Source: Lama guanicoe (taxonomy: Eukaryota). From it: a stretch of 64,000 nucleotides of DNA. The DNA is taken from assembly GCA_013239625.1 (NCBI GenBank), contig MU054098.1, positions 1,551,104-1,615,103 of the forward strand. The letters run 5' to 3'. The notes under the pieces are model-generated. The model ran no database searches and had not been told where the DNA came from. It saw only the letters and a list, made by a program, of their open reading frames with translations. A program made the position numbers and the translations under genes. Shown here piece by piece: positions 1 to 13,437 of this stretch. The first letter of the stretch is position 1; each line of letters starts with the position of its first letter.

Positions 1-539
1 ATAACTTGCAATTCCCGCAATCTAAATACTGGGGGTGATGGGTTTTTAAGTGATTGTGAAAAAACCCAAAACCAGATTTTCCTCTTAGTGATTTTTTAAA
101 ATCCAAATTATTATTCTCTTATAATTTGGCTTCATACTTTATCACCCTTCCTCACCTGTCCACACTCTGAGTATGGCTTCTCTACCTCCCTTCACCTCTT
201 TTATATTCAGAGTTTTTGTATTCTGCCTGCTCCCACCATGAAACCAGAAGAAGAATATCTATTTCTAATCTTAAAAGGTGATATAATGTCAAATCTCTTC
301 ATCCAAAATGAGAATAAGGCTTCAGTAAAGCATTGCATTTTCAATTAAAGTCACAGAAGTATTTATTTCACATTATAAGTGTAATTGTTTACAGTCTGCT
401 TAAATCATTTTGTATTACTAGAATTTTTCTGCATTAAATAATGTACAAATAAGCAGACTGATGGTACTAGATTGGAAAACATCTTGTTCTATAAAGAATT
501 TTATCAGTGGGCTCAAGTCTATTGTAACACAGTATCACC

Positions 540-745
540 AAAGTGCTTTGTAAGTATTTATCTCATTTATTCCCAACAATCCCACTAGGTAGTTACTACA
601 TGAGTATGTCCATTTTACAGAATGGAAAACTGAGAATAAGGGAAGGAGTTTGCAATTTGTGAAGGTCACATAGTTAATAATAATGAAACTAAAATTTGAA
701 TCCAGGCAGCCCACCATCAGAGTTAGTACCACTATATACATTACC
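540..745 (-). mobile_element. MIR SINE fragment
   Basis: Reverse MIR core CCATTTTACAGAATGGAAAACTGAG...AAGGTCACATAG...TTTGAATCCAGGCAG. Confidence 0.8.
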
Positions 746-1170
746 ACCTCCTGATTTTGTTAAGAGATCAAATGTTTATGAACATGCAGATAACTGTTTA
801 CACACAGTGAGGCACTGAAATCTTTTGGTTTACATAAATGCATACCTTGCCTCTATGGCTTTTTTCATGAGAGCATGTTACAAATACTAAACGACAGAAA
901 ACTTGCATAGTTTAGTGATCATTGGAATTAAGGAAATAGTAATCCAACAATTACCAGCTAAAATTGAACAACTTGAAATTTTAACATAGACAGGAATGAC
1001 AAGTTATACACCTTTATTGCCATAAGGGTTTGCACCAAGCAGAGGTATTGCTCTATGAAAATGAAAATGTAATTCCTCCCCCAATGTGAGCATCTTAGTA
1101 GTGTGGATGTAGGCTTTAAAGGTGTTATTTTTTAAATAAAGTTTCAAAAATTTAATATATATATTATAAA

Positions 1171-1190
1171 TATCTATCTATCTATCTATC

Positions 1191-1242
<52 letters not shown>
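1171..1242. repeat. (TCTA)n microsatellite
   Basis: About 17 TCTA units with one TCA interruption. Confidence 0.97.
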
Positions 1243-1463
1243 CCTATTCATTCACCACTGCATTTTCTGACATATTTTATATTCATGTTCCTGCGGGAAA
1301 TAGCTTCATAAGGTATCCTCATAATGCCTGAAATTTCCGTAACAATCCCCTAACTTAACCTCATTGCTAATCATAATTACAGCTGTGTCCCTGTCACACG
1401 CAGCTGTGAGAGAATCAGAATGTTGAAAGCTAATAAGTTCACAGATGGTCTAAACTTGCTTAC

Positions 1464-1527
1464 CAGATTCAAATAAAATTTATGGGTTATACCAATCAAA
1501 AGCAATCTAAACCATTTATTATAAAGC
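1464..1527 (-). CDS. Candidate 64-nt exon (LYNKWFRLLLIGITHKFYLNL), gene unidentified
   Basis: Acceptor tcttcttttatttttgttcag| and donor CTG|gtaagc; one open frame; unique sequence. Confidence 0.35.
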
Positions 1528-2379
1528 CTGAACAAAAATAAAAGAAGATCTAAGTGAGTAAAAATCAATTTAAAATCCAAAATGAAATGAAAAGCCTTTC
1601 CAGGTGAATATACAAAACATTGCTCATTATTGATGTAGGTAAAACAGAAAATAACTAAAATGTCTTGAAAATGCCAGGATTAAATAAGATAAGCATGAGT
1701 GGAATGTCAGGTCTCAAAAATTCCAGAAGGCTCGAGATATAGGTGCCACCGAAGCCTAAAATTTCCAATTCCTTAAATAAATTTAACCTTTTTGACTTTT
1801 TTTTTTACTTTACCAACATAAAGATGGGAGTCACTGTGTGTAAATATCCAGAAATACAGAACCAAAAAGGAGTTCTCCAATAATGAATCTCCCATTTTAA
1901 TGACAGTTATTGAATTGACTGAGTCAATAGTCAGTGGCAGAACTAAGAGGAGGGCCCCTAACATTCAGTTGAATAAATATTTGATGACACTATAACATCT
2001 CTTACTAGCAACATGCCTTTAAGGTTCTGAAATGCATAAAACTAACATCTTCAGGAAAAAAAGTGCTTCATTCTCTGCTGTCAAGTTTTCGATTGCAAAT
2101 TGGACAATTGAAAGACATTTTCAGGCCACAATGATAATATTTTCCTCATGTAGTTTAATTAATATATTCAATTCGTCAAAAAAATTAATAAGGATAGTAG
2201 GAGAAAAGAACATTTAAATCCAAATACATTTATGAACACAGGTACATAAGTTTTAAATAAGATATTTAAGTAGATATTAAAAATGTAAGAACAGTGTATT
2301 TTAAAAGTGGCTTATACTTAAACTGAATTTACACTCAGCACTTAAGAATAGTTTATCATTTAAAAGTCTACTACTTTTA

Positions 2380-2980
2380 ATCACTACATTAAAAGGATAC
2401 AGGAGAAAATTATATTATACTCTCAATAGATTCAAAACAAATGATTAAATTAAACATGCTTTCATGATAAAAGGTCTCAGCAAACTACAGACTGAGGAAA
2501 GCTTTTTAACTTAATAGTGTGTTGGGGGGAGGGTATAGCTCAGTGGTAGAGTGCACTCTTAGCATGCACAAAGTTCTGGGTTCAGTTCCCAGTACCTCCA
2601 TTAAAATAAATAAATAAAAACCTAATTACCTCCCTCCAAAATAAACAAAGAAATTTAGAAAAATAAATATTATTTAAAAAATTGTCTATAAAATTCTTAC
2701 ATTTTATCTGTGAAATATTTTTAAAAATTTCCTGAATTTCAAAGATGTTTACTTTATTGCTTCTACTCACCACTGAAATGGAGGTACTAGAAAGCTAAAT
2801 AAGAAAAGAAAAATTCACAATTAAATTAAACTTTTAAGGAACAGAAGGAAGAACCAAAACTGCCATTATTCACTCTCCATATAATTGTTTATTTAACAAA
2901 TTTAGAAGAATTGGAATACAAACAATGACAGTTATTAAAAGAGTTGAAAATATTTTATAAAATCAATATAAAAACAAAGA
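2380..2980 (+). mobile_element. Old degenerate L1 ORF2 fragment interrupted by a SINE
   Basis: Remnants such as CTCAATAGATTCAAAA and TTCATGATAAAAGGTCTCAGCAAACTA. Confidence 0.6.
2524..2665 (+). mobile_element. tRNA-derived SINE, vic-1-like (camelid)
   Basis: GGGGGGAGGGTATAGCTCAGTGGTAGAG (A box)...GGGTTCAGTTCCC (B box), A-rich linker, CCTAATTACC tail motif shared with the 7589 copy. Confidence 0.85.
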
Positions 2981-2989
2981 ATTGCTTAA

Positions 2990-4158
2990 ATTCAAAATAC
3001 TGGCAATACAAATTGCTAGTGAGGATACAGAAGAATAGCTGTCATCCATTGCTGGTAGTAAAGCAAAATGGTACAGCCACTTTGGAAGACAGTTTCTCAA
3101 TTTCTTAAATATATATATATATATATATTTCTGATATGATCCAGCAATAGTACTCCTTGGAATCTACACAGATGAATCGAAAATTTATGCCTACACAAAA
3201 TCCCACACATGGATGTTTATAGCATATTTATTTATAGTCACCAAAAACTAGAAGAAGCCAAGATGTCCTTCAATAGGCAAATGGATGAACAAATTGTGAT
3301 ACATCCATACAATGGAATATTACACAACAATAAAAAGAAATGAGCTATCAAGCCATTAAAGGACATGGATGAATCTTAAATACATATTATTAAGTAGAAG
3401 CAGCCAGTTGAAAGGGCTAAATACTGTATGACTCAAATGACATACTGGGAAAGGCTAGAGTATAGAGATAGTAAAAAGCAAAGTAGCTGCCAATTCAGAG
3501 CAAGGATGAGGGAGTGAAGAATGGGTGAAGCACAGGGAATACTTTTTGCTATGAAACTATTCTGTGTGATACTGTAATGGTGAACACATAGTACTATGCA
3601 GTTATCAAAACTTATTAGAGTAGAGACTGTAAGACTAAAGGCAAAAGCACTGTACTCTAGAGAATAAACTTGTTTTCCACAGGGATACTGGTTAACAATT
3701 CTGATGCTTTTATTCATATATACAGAAACTGAAGAAGTAACTAAATGGATGGTATATGGTGTGAATTAGTTTTCTCATTGTTGGAGTGGGAGTTCACAGT
3801 GGTAATGGATTAGAGTTGGAGATATCAGTATGAATGTATGTTTCTTAATATAAATACCAAAGGTGGTATATTAAATATTTACAGACATGTATATTTATGG
3901 GTTAGCATACACATATACATTCCTTTGCACTGTCAGCTCTGTGGACCTAAAAGCAACAACAACCCAGAAGCATTGAGCATACCTAGCTTTCAGATCGTGG
4001 TTTCTAAGTTATTTTCCAATTAAAGTAAACAGAGAACTTTGAAAAAAAATAGCTGGGTTAATGACTGGGTCAGGGAATACACAAGATGAGTATCTTATAG
4101 TACTAGAAAGTAAGAAAATGCTAAAAAAAAAAATCCCCTATGATGGGGTTATGTTAAG
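2990..4158 (+). mobile_element. Old L1 (L1MC/MD-like) ORF2 end and 3' UTR
   Basis: GGTACAGCCACTTTGGAAGACAG, TATGATCCAGCAAT, ATCCATACAATGGAATATT. Confidence 0.8.
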
Positions 4159-4159
4159 G

Positions 4160-6985
4160 TACAATCTCCCAAGACTGAAACAGGAAATAATTAGAAAATA
4201 TGAATAGACTAATTACCAGTAATGAAATTGAAAAAGTAATTTTAAAACTCCCAACAAACAAAAGTCAAAGACCAGACAGCTTCACAGTCTAATTCTACTG
4301 AACATAAAAAAAAGCATAAATACCTACCCTTCTCAAACTTTTCCAAAAAAAAAGAGTAGAGAAAAAGACAGTTGCTTCCAAACTCATTACATGAGGTTAG
4401 CATTACTTTGATACCAAAACCAGACATAGATATCACAAAAGAGAAAATTACAGGCCAATATCACTGATGTACATAAATGCAAAAATCCTTGACAAAGTAT
4501 TAGAAACTGAATCCAACAATACATTAAAAGGATCATATAACATGATTAAGTAAGATTTTCTTCAGGGATGCAAGAATTTTTCAATATCCACAAATCAATC
4601 AATGTGATATACCACATTAACAAATTGAAGAATAAAAACCAAATGTTCATCTCAATAGATGCAGTAAAAGTTTTAGATAAAATTCAGCATCCGTTTATGA
4701 TAAAAACTCTCCAAAAAGTGGGCATAGAATAATCATACCTCAACATAATAGAAGCCATATTTATAACAAACTCACAGCTAACATCATACTCAATGGTGAA
4801 AATCTGAAAGCATTTCCACTAAGATCAAGAACAAGACAAGGATACCCACTTTGATCACGTTTACTCAAAATAGTGTTGGAAGTCCTAGCAACAGCAATCA
4901 GACAAACAAACAAAAAAGATATAAAAGGAATCCAGATTGGAAAGGAATAGGTAAGACTGTCACTGTTTACAGATCAAGTGATCCTATACATAAAAAATCT
5001 TAAAGACACCATCAGAAAACTAATAGAGATAATCAAAGAATCTGGTAAAGTTGCAGGAATTAAAAAGTAATATACCAAAATCTGTTGCATTTCTGTATAC
5101 TAACAACAAAATACCATAAACAGAAAGGAATTTACCATCACATCAAAAAGAGTAAAATACATAGAAATAAATCTATGTAAGGAGGCAAAAGACCTGCACT
5201 CAGTAATCTGTAAGACACTGGTGAAAGAAATTGAGGATGATACAAACAGATGGAAAGATATAATGTGTTCTCGGATTGGAAGAACAAATATTGTTAGAAT
5301 GGCCATACTCCTCAAGGCAATCTACAGATTCAGTTCAATTTCTATTAAAATAGCAATGACATTTTTTACAGAACTAGAACAAATAACTTTTAAAATTGTA
5401 CGAAAACACAAAAAATACTGAATATACCATCAATCTTGAGAAAGAACAGAGCTGGAAGAATCATGCTTCAGACTATACTATACTATAAAGTGACAGTAAT
5501 CAAAACAGTATGGTACTGCACAAATACAGAGACATAGAACAATGGAACAAAATAAAGAGTTCAGAAATAAACCCACACACTTATGGTCAATTTATCTATG
5601 ACAAAGTAGGAAAATATACAATTTATAAAAGTCTCTTCACTAACTAGTGCTGGGAAAACTGGATAGCTACATGTGAAAGAATGAAATTAGAACATTCTCT
5701 ATTACTATATAAAAAATAAATTCAAAATGGTAAATACCTAAATGTAAGACCAGAAACTATATAACACCTAGAGAAAAACTATATAACACCTAGAGAAAAA
5801 AAGACCAGAAACTATATAACACCTAGAGAAAAAACAGGTATTTTTGACATAAATCATAGCAATATTTTTTTTGATCTGTCTCTTAAAGCAAAGGAAATAG
5901 AAGCCAAATTTAACAAAAGGGACCTAAAAGTTAAAAACTTGCATAGAAAAGAAAACCATTGCCAAAATAAAAAGACAACCTATGGAATGAAAGAAAAATT
6001 TGCAAATGATATGACCAACATGGAGTTAATATCCAAAATATATGCACAGATCATAGAAATCAACATCAAAAAACAATCTGTTTAAAAAACTGTGAGGAAG
6101 AATTGAATAGATTTCCCAAAGAGGAACTGCAAATGGCCAACACACACATGAAAAGATGCTCAACATCAATAATTAGGGAAATGCAAATCAAAACCACAAT
6201 GAGATTTCACCTCACAAAGGTCAGAATGGCTATACTCAAAAATGAACACAAATAACAAATGTTGGTGAAGATGTGGAGAAAAGGGAACCTTTGTACACTG
6301 TTGGTGAGAATGTAAATTAGTGCAGCCACTGTGGAAAACAGTATGGACATTGCTCAGAAGACTGAAAATAGACCTAGCATATAATCTAGCAATTCTACTC
6401 TTGAGTATACATCCAAAGAAAAGCAAAACCTGTAATTCAAAAAATTACATGCAACCCAATGTTCATATCAGCACTATTTACAATATCCGAGACATAGAAG
6501 CAACCTGTGTCCATCAACAGATAAATGGATAAAAAAGATGTGGTATATAAACAATGGAATACTACTCAGTTATAAAAAGAATGAAATTTTCCATTTGCAA
6601 CAACATAGATTGACTTGGATGGCATTATGCTAAATGAAATATGTCAGAGAAAGACAAATACTGTATGATATCACATATATGTGAAATTTAAAAAGATACA
6701 ACAAACTAGTGAATATAACAAAAAAGAAGACTCAGATATCAAGAACAAACTAGTGGTTACCAGTGGAGAGATGGAAGTGGGGAAGGGCAATATAGGCATA
6801 GGGAATTAAGAGGTATAAACTATTATGTATGAAATAAACTACAAGGACATATTGTATAACACAGGAAATATAGTCAATATTTTATAACTATAAGCAGAAT
6901 CTAATCTTTAAAAATTGTGAATCTCTATATATTACACCTGTAACATATATTATTGTACATCAACTCTATGTTAATAAAAAATAAA
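4160..6985 (+). mobile_element. 5'-truncated L1 (ORF2 RT to 3' UTR), disrupted
   Basis: ORF2 peptides KEIEDDTNRWKDIMCSRIGRTNIVRMAIL and QPLWKTVW; ends in AATAAA/A-rich tail. Confidence 0.95.
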
Positions 6986-7204
6986 GAAAGGAAGAGGAGA
7001 TATGAATTCAGAAGTTAATAAAATACTTTTTGTTTATATATTTTGTTTAAAGAGATATTGTATAACTGAATATATAAAATACACAAAAGAAATCAACATG
7101 TTTCCATATAATTTCATTAAACATTCAAAAATGCACATTTTAAAATAATGAACAATTTATGATGTCAACAAATAAAATAAGACACTTGGAAATAAATAGC
7201 TTTA

Positions 7205-7480
7205 AAAGATTCATGATGTTCAAAGAATCTAAATAGATATTTCACAAAAAAGATATACAAATAGTCAACAGGTAATATGAAATGTGGCTCAACATCACAA
7301 ATCATCAGGGAATTGCAAATCAAAATTACCATGAGATATCACCTCACACCTACAGCTATTATAAAAAAAATACTAGCAAGAATGTGAAGAAAAGGAAACT
7401 CTTCTACAATGTTGGTAGAAACATAAATTGGTACAGCCATTACGGAAAATAATACAGAGGTTCCTTAAAAAATTAACAAC
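7205..7480 (+). mobile_element. L1 ORF2 3' fragment
   Basis: CAAATCAAAATTACCATGAGATATCACCTCACACC...GGTACAGCCATTACGGAAAA. Confidence 0.8.
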
Positions 7481-9013
7481 AGTGACAATTTTGCCTCTTT
7501 TCTTCCAAGTTGCATACTTTTTCTTTCTTTTTCTTGTCTGATTTCTGTTGCTAGGACTTCTAATATTATGTTAAATAGAAGCAGTTTATGGGAGAGGAGG
7601 TAGCTCAGTGGTATAGGGTATACCTAGTATGTTTGAGGTCCTGGGTTCAATCCCCATTACCTCCAACAAGAATAAATGAATAAACAAACAAACAAACAAA
7701 CCTAATTACCTGCCCCTCTCCCAAAATGAAAGCAGTTTAAGTGGGCATTCCTGTCTTGTTCCTGATTTTAGCAGGAAGGCATTCAGCTTTTCACCATTGA
7801 GTATTATGTTGGCTGTGACTTTGTTTTAAGTGGCCTTTATTATGTTGAGATACGTTCCTTCTATACCAATTTTGATGAGAGTTTTTATCATGAATGGGTG
7901 ATGCATTTAGTTAAATGGTTTTTCTGCATCTTATGAGATGATAGTTTGAGTTTTGTCTTTCCTTTTGTTAATGTGTTTCACATTGATTGATCTGGCTATG
8001 TTGAACCATCCTTGCATCCCTGGGATGAATCAAACTCCATCATTCTGTATGATCCTTTTTATGTACTGTTGGATTCAGTTTGCTAATATTTTGTTGAAGA
8101 TTTTTATGTCTATATTCATCAAGGATATTGGCCTGTAATATTTTTTCTAGTGTCTTTGTCTGGTTTTGGTATCAATTTAATGATGGCCTCATAGAATTAG
8201 TTTGAGAGTGTTCCATCTTCAATTTTTTTGAATATTCAACAAGGACAGATACAAGTTCTTTGTATGTTTAGTGACTACCCCCGTGAAGCTATCTGGTCCG
8301 GAACTTTTGTTTGCTGGGAGTTTGTTTGTTTTTTTAATTACAGATTCAGTTTCACTTGTGATGATTATTTTATTCAAATTGTCTGTTTCTTTGTAACTCA
8401 GTCTTGGCAAGCTGTAGGTTTCTAAAATTTGTCCATTTCTTCTAGGTTGCTCAATTTGTTGGCATATAACTGTTCATAGTATTTTCTTATGATTTTTGTA
8501 TCTCTGTAGTATCAGTTATTTCTCCTCTTTCATTTCTTATTTTGTTTATTTGAGCCCTCTCTCTTATTGGTCAACTAGATAAAAGGATTATCAATTTTCT
8601 TTATCTTTTCAAAAAAAACCAGATCTTGGTTTCACTGATCTCTTTTATTGTTTTTCAATCTCTATGTTACTTATTTTCTTTTGGATCTGTATCATTTCCT
8701 TCCTTCTGTTGGCTTTGGTCTTTGTGTGTTCTTCTTTTTTCTAATTCTTTTATGTATTAGGTTCGGTTGTTTATTTGAGATTTTTCTTATTTCTTGAGGA
8801 AGGCATATATTGCTATGAACTTCCCTCTTATAACTGCTTCTGCTGTATCCCATAGATTTTAGAAATGTGTTTTCATTTTCATTTGTCTTGAGATATTTTC
8901 CAATTTCTTATTTGATTTCATCATTGACACATTGTTTTTTAGTAGTATGTTGTTAAATCTCCATATATTTGTTATTTTCTATTTTTTCTATAGTTGATTT
9001 CTAGTTTCATACC
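7478..9013 (-). mobile_element. L1 ORF2 internal segment (end of endonuclease to start of RT), antisense
   Basis: Minus-strand peptide LPANKSSGPDSFTG; continuous L1 homology apart from a SINE. Confidence 0.92.
7589..7729 (+). mobile_element. vic-1-like SINE with target site duplication
   Basis: TAGCTCAGTGG A box, GGTTCAATCCC B box; TSD AAGCAGTTTA at 7579-7588 and 7730-7739. Confidence 0.88.
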
Positions 9014-9572
9014 TATGGAATGGGAGAAAATATTTGCAAAAGATGCAACTAACAAGGGGTTAATATCCAAAAAATATAAAGCTCATACAATATAAAAGAA
9101 AAAAACAATGAAGAATCCAGTCAAAAAATAGGAAAAAGACTTGAATAAACATTTTTCCAAAGGAGACAGGCAGATGGCTAACAGGCACTGAAACATGCTC
9201 AACATCATTAATTAGAGAAATGCAAATCAAGGCCACAATGAGGTTTTACCTCACACCTGTCAGAATGGCTATCATCAAAAAGTCTACAAATAACAAATAT
9301 TGTAGAGGATATGGTGAAAAGGAAACCCTCCTATATTGTTGGTGGGACTGTAAATTGGTACAGCATCCATGGAGAACAGTATGGAGGTGCCTTAAAAACT
9401 AAAAAGAAAGAACTACCATATGATACAGAAATTCCACTTCTGGGCAAATATCCAGATAAAACTACAACTTGAAAAGATACATGCACCCCAATGTTCATAG
9501 CAGCACTATTTATAATAGCCAAGACATGGAAGCAACCTAAACGTCTATTGACAGATGAATGGATAAAGGTGA

Positions 9573-9587
9573 TGTGTGTGTGAGTGT

Positions 9588-9633
<46 letters not shown>
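9573..9633. repeat. (TG)n microsatellite
   Basis: Directly visible. Confidence 0.97.
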
Positions 9634-9636
<3 letters not shown>

Positions 9637-9750
9637 GCCTCATAGAATTAATTTGAGAGTGTTCCATTTTCAATTTTTTTGAATATTCAACAAGGATAGA
9701 TATAAGTTCTTATAAGTTCTTTGTATGTTTAGTTAAATACCCCTATGAAG

Positions 9751-9760
<10 letters not shown>

Positions 9761-9803
<43 letters not shown>
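9761..9803. repeat. (CA)n microsatellite
   Basis: Directly visible. Confidence 0.97.
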
Positions 9804-9805
<2 letters not shown>

Positions 9806-10899
9806 GGAATATTACTCAGCCATAAAAATTGAAATCATGTCATTTGCAGTAACATGGATGGTCCCAGAGATTATCATATTAAGTGAAGTAAGTCAAAGGC
9901 AAATATCATATGGATATCCACTTATATATGTAATCTTAAAAAAGATACAGATGAACTTATTTACAAATCAGAAACAGACTCACAGACTTAGAAATTTATT
10001 TTTATAGAATACATTTAAATTGGATTATATATGAAATTTGTACCCTAAATAAAGCCTGAGTTACTATTTCCTTTCTGTAAGAATTATGGCAATCAATAAC
10101 TAGCTCAGTGACCTTGAAGAATATAGTCTCTCTGATTCTGAGTTTCTGTATCCAGCAATAAGTTTCCATGAAAAAACCCAGAAAACTATTAATATAGCTA
10201 TATCCTGCTTGAAGAAAGCATAACAATACACCAAATTATAAAAGATTTAAATTACAGAGATCGCATTTATATAAGGCTTTCATGTTATCAAAAAATGCAC
10301 TGCTAGGTTAAAATTTACTGTAGTTTAAACATGATCTCTTCTGGTACAATTCAACATTTACACTCATACTCACACAACATTTACAACATCATCACTTATA
10401 CAATATATGGAGGATAGAATATAGTGTTGTCTAATAAAGCTTGTTTGGGGGAAGCCAGAGATATTTGAAGCTGAAAGAATAGGAGATATTTGTCATAATA
10501 TCTCTATTATATGTCACAGAATATTAAAGGTCATTAAAAACTTCTGATGTATTACAGATTAGTCAACCAAAGCACTTTTAAAACCATGCACACACCAAAA
10601 GTGAGGATAAATATAAATTCTGTTTAGAAGAAAGAGGAAAGAATACTAATTGGAAAGTTAAAATATTATTTTTGATAGAAACACTGTTTTCTCCTTGAGT
10701 TCTTCTAGTAAAATTGTTGCATCCAGAATACGTGCTATATTTAGCATATGCTGCAAGTATTCATAGAATATCACCATGCAGCATGGAATTTCCTTTTCAG
10801 ATGTGAAAATGGAGATACAAAATGGCTAATGACGAAGTGGTATACCAAGGCCACCCAGCAAAGGTTACTCATTTTCCTATTTTATGGACAAAAACTGAG

Positions 10900-11820
10900 G
10901 TTAGAAAATATTTTCAAATCATATATCTCTCAAAGGATTTGTATCCAGAATATATAAAGAACTCTTACAACTTAATAATAAGATTACAAACAAACCAATT
11001 TTTTAAAAATGGAAAGAGGATCTGAACAGATATTTCTCCAAAGAAGATGTGCTAATGGACAATTAGCATATGAAAAGATAATCAACATCCTTATAATGAG
11101 GGAAATGAAAATCCAAACTACAATGGGACACCACTTCACAACCACTAGGCTAGCTATAACAAAAGGATGATAATAAAAAATGTTGATCAGAATGTAGAGA
11201 AACAAGAATCCTTACATTTTGCTGGTGGGAAGGTACAATGGTTCAGCCACTTTGGAAAACAGTCTGGAAGTTCCTTAAAATGTTAAACACAGAGCTGCTA
11301 TATGACCCAGCAATTTCAATTCCACTCCTAAGTATATAACCAAAAGAAATGAAAGTATCTGCAAAGAGACTTGTACATGAATGGTCATAGAAACATTATT
11401 CATGGTAGCCAAAAAGTAGAAAGAATTCAAAAGTCCCTCAACTTGAAAATGGATAAATAAAATTGTTATATCCATACAATGGACTATAATTCATCCATAG
11501 AAAGGAATGAAGTACTAATAGATGCTGCAACGTGTTTGAATCTTGAAAGCCTTAAACAAAGTGAAATAATTCAGACATAAAAAAGCACATAGTATATGAC
11601 TTCATTTGTATGAAACGTCCAGCAAAGACAACAAGATTCCAGGCAGAAACAAGATCACTGGTTTTCTGAAGGTGGGAGTGGGAACTGATGGCTAAGTGGG
11701 GTGACAGAAATATTCTGACTGTACTGATGATTGAACAACTCTGCAAATTTACTCAGATTACTTGAATTGAGCATTGACAATGGCTGAATATTATAGTGGG
11801 TAAATTAGACTTCAATAAGA
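10900..11820 (+). mobile_element. L1MB-like 3' fragment
   Basis: GTATCCAGAATATATAAAGAACTCTTACAAC, CAGCCACTTTGGAAAACAG, ends GACTTCAATAAG. Confidence 0.85.
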
Positions 11821-12185
11821 TAATTTTATATACATATAACATTTTAAAAATATTAATTATATATATTTTATATATAACATTTATATTAAAATAGTTTATA
11901 ATATATAATAATTTTTAAGCAGCTACAAAAATCTGTCACTCTGTGCTCAGTATGTTGCATAAACTACTACTACATTAGAAATGCAAGGTGCTCTACAATA
12001 GAGTGCATTGCTTGAAACCTTGGTGACACTTGACATTTTTCTTCTTTGTAAAATTATGTACAGAATTTCAAAGCCTCAAAACTACTTTTAGAAATAAATT
12101 GGAGAAAGTTCCTATTTGCCTGTACATCAGAGAAGCAATTTTCTATAAACCTCTAAAAGAATTTAGCTAAAACTTTAACAATTAC

Positions 12186-12296
12186 TGTCAAATGCAAATA
12201 ATCCGCTCTTGAAAGCTGTTGCTCTAAACAGTTCAAGTCTAGAGAAGATATTGACAGTCACAATCTCCAAAGAAAGACTGTTGCTCAGTGATTCTA
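12186..12296 (-). CDS. Candidate 111-nt symmetric exon (ESLSNSLSLEIVTVNIFSRLELFRATAFKSGLFAFD)
   Basis: Acceptor tttattcctcatag|, donor ACA|gtaatt, open phase 1-1 frame, unique sequence. Confidence 0.3.
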
Positions 12297-12679
12297 CTAT
12301 GAGGAATAAAGTTAAATAACTGAGAAAAAATTGCTTAAGTGTTATTTCAAGTAATTTTTCATGACTCAAGTTGATTAGCTAATAAAAGTAATTGTGGTAA
12401 TGAAAGCTTTCATTCCAATAGGTTTCAGAACTTCAGATTAGAGAATCCCTAAAAAATTTTATATTATCAAAAAACAAATCCCACAGGAATTAATAATTCC
12501 TGTCAGTAAGTGGCTTAAACATATTAACATTAAATATTAAACATATTTCTCTATCTTTCTATTATCTATACTACTAAAGACATAAATTCTTTAAACTGCT
12601 TCCAGATTTAATTTTGGAATAATAGAATTTGTATCTCTTCCTGTTGTATAAATTACATTTACATTCATACATCAGTTAA

Positions 12680-12870
12680 CATAACAGTGTAGTGGTTAAG
12701 AGCACTTTAGAATCTAACAGACCATCACTTTCAGCTGCACACCCTTTTACAATTAATTTCACCCCTTTGAACTTCAATTTCTTTATATATAAAATGGGAA
12801 TCATTAAAATATAACACAGAATATTATGATGACATGTGTTAAGTGCAAGGCATATAAATATTAATTACAA
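12680..12870 (+). mobile_element. MIR SINE
   Basis: GTGTAGTGGTTAAGAGCAC...TATAAAATGGGAATCATT. Confidence 0.7.
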
Positions 12871-13437
12871 ACTATAGTAATACCCTATACATTATGTATA
12901 ATATTTCTTCCAATTACACTGTTAGTTATTCACGAGAGACAGGAGTTTCAATCGTATATCTGTACTCAAAAGAAATTATTTTCTCTGAGTTTCATTTTAA
13001 TTATCTAAAATGTCCTCACATTTAAAAATACATAATAATATCTGCTTCACACTGTTAATGTGAGAATTACTTGGAATTACATATGCAAAATGCCTGACAG
13101 TTCCTTTGATGGAATAAACTCATTGAATTCTTTTCTTCTTAGTCTGAATTACTGAGGTAGTCCCTGAAGAATCTGCAAAGAATTGTAATGGCCCAAGGCT
13201 AAAGTTTAAAGGCAGCAAAGTTCCTTAGAACTTGTAGTCATGATACCCTGGAGATGCCTTGAAAAGTTAACACTAAGAAATGACTGAGCACTTCTCTTGC
13301 CTTTTCAGGCTGAGCCTTAATTGAAATCACTTTGTGTAGCTATTCCTACAAGTCTAAAAACTCTTGCTTATTTCTAACTGGGTTCCTTCAGTTCTTCTTT
13401 TATCACTTTCTACCCAGGTTCCTTCAGTTATCTAGAT

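Larger units (their letters stand above)
9011..9994 (+). mobile_element. L1 ORF2 end and partial 3' UTR
   Basis: [26 protein letters not shown] peptide; stops before the normal 3' end. Confidence 0.92.

Noticed and set aside
233..348. CCACCATG Kozak-like start with a 36-codon ORF
   Set aside because: Short, no promoter or CpG island, no good donor; expected by chance.
2524..2600. tRNA-like sequence with A and B boxes
   Set aside because: SINE head with an A-rich tail; no convincing cloverleaf.
10785..10870. Apparent plus-strand exon with ATG (MANDEVVYQGHPAK)
   Set aside because: Resembles a degenerate reverse MIR core; weak donor.
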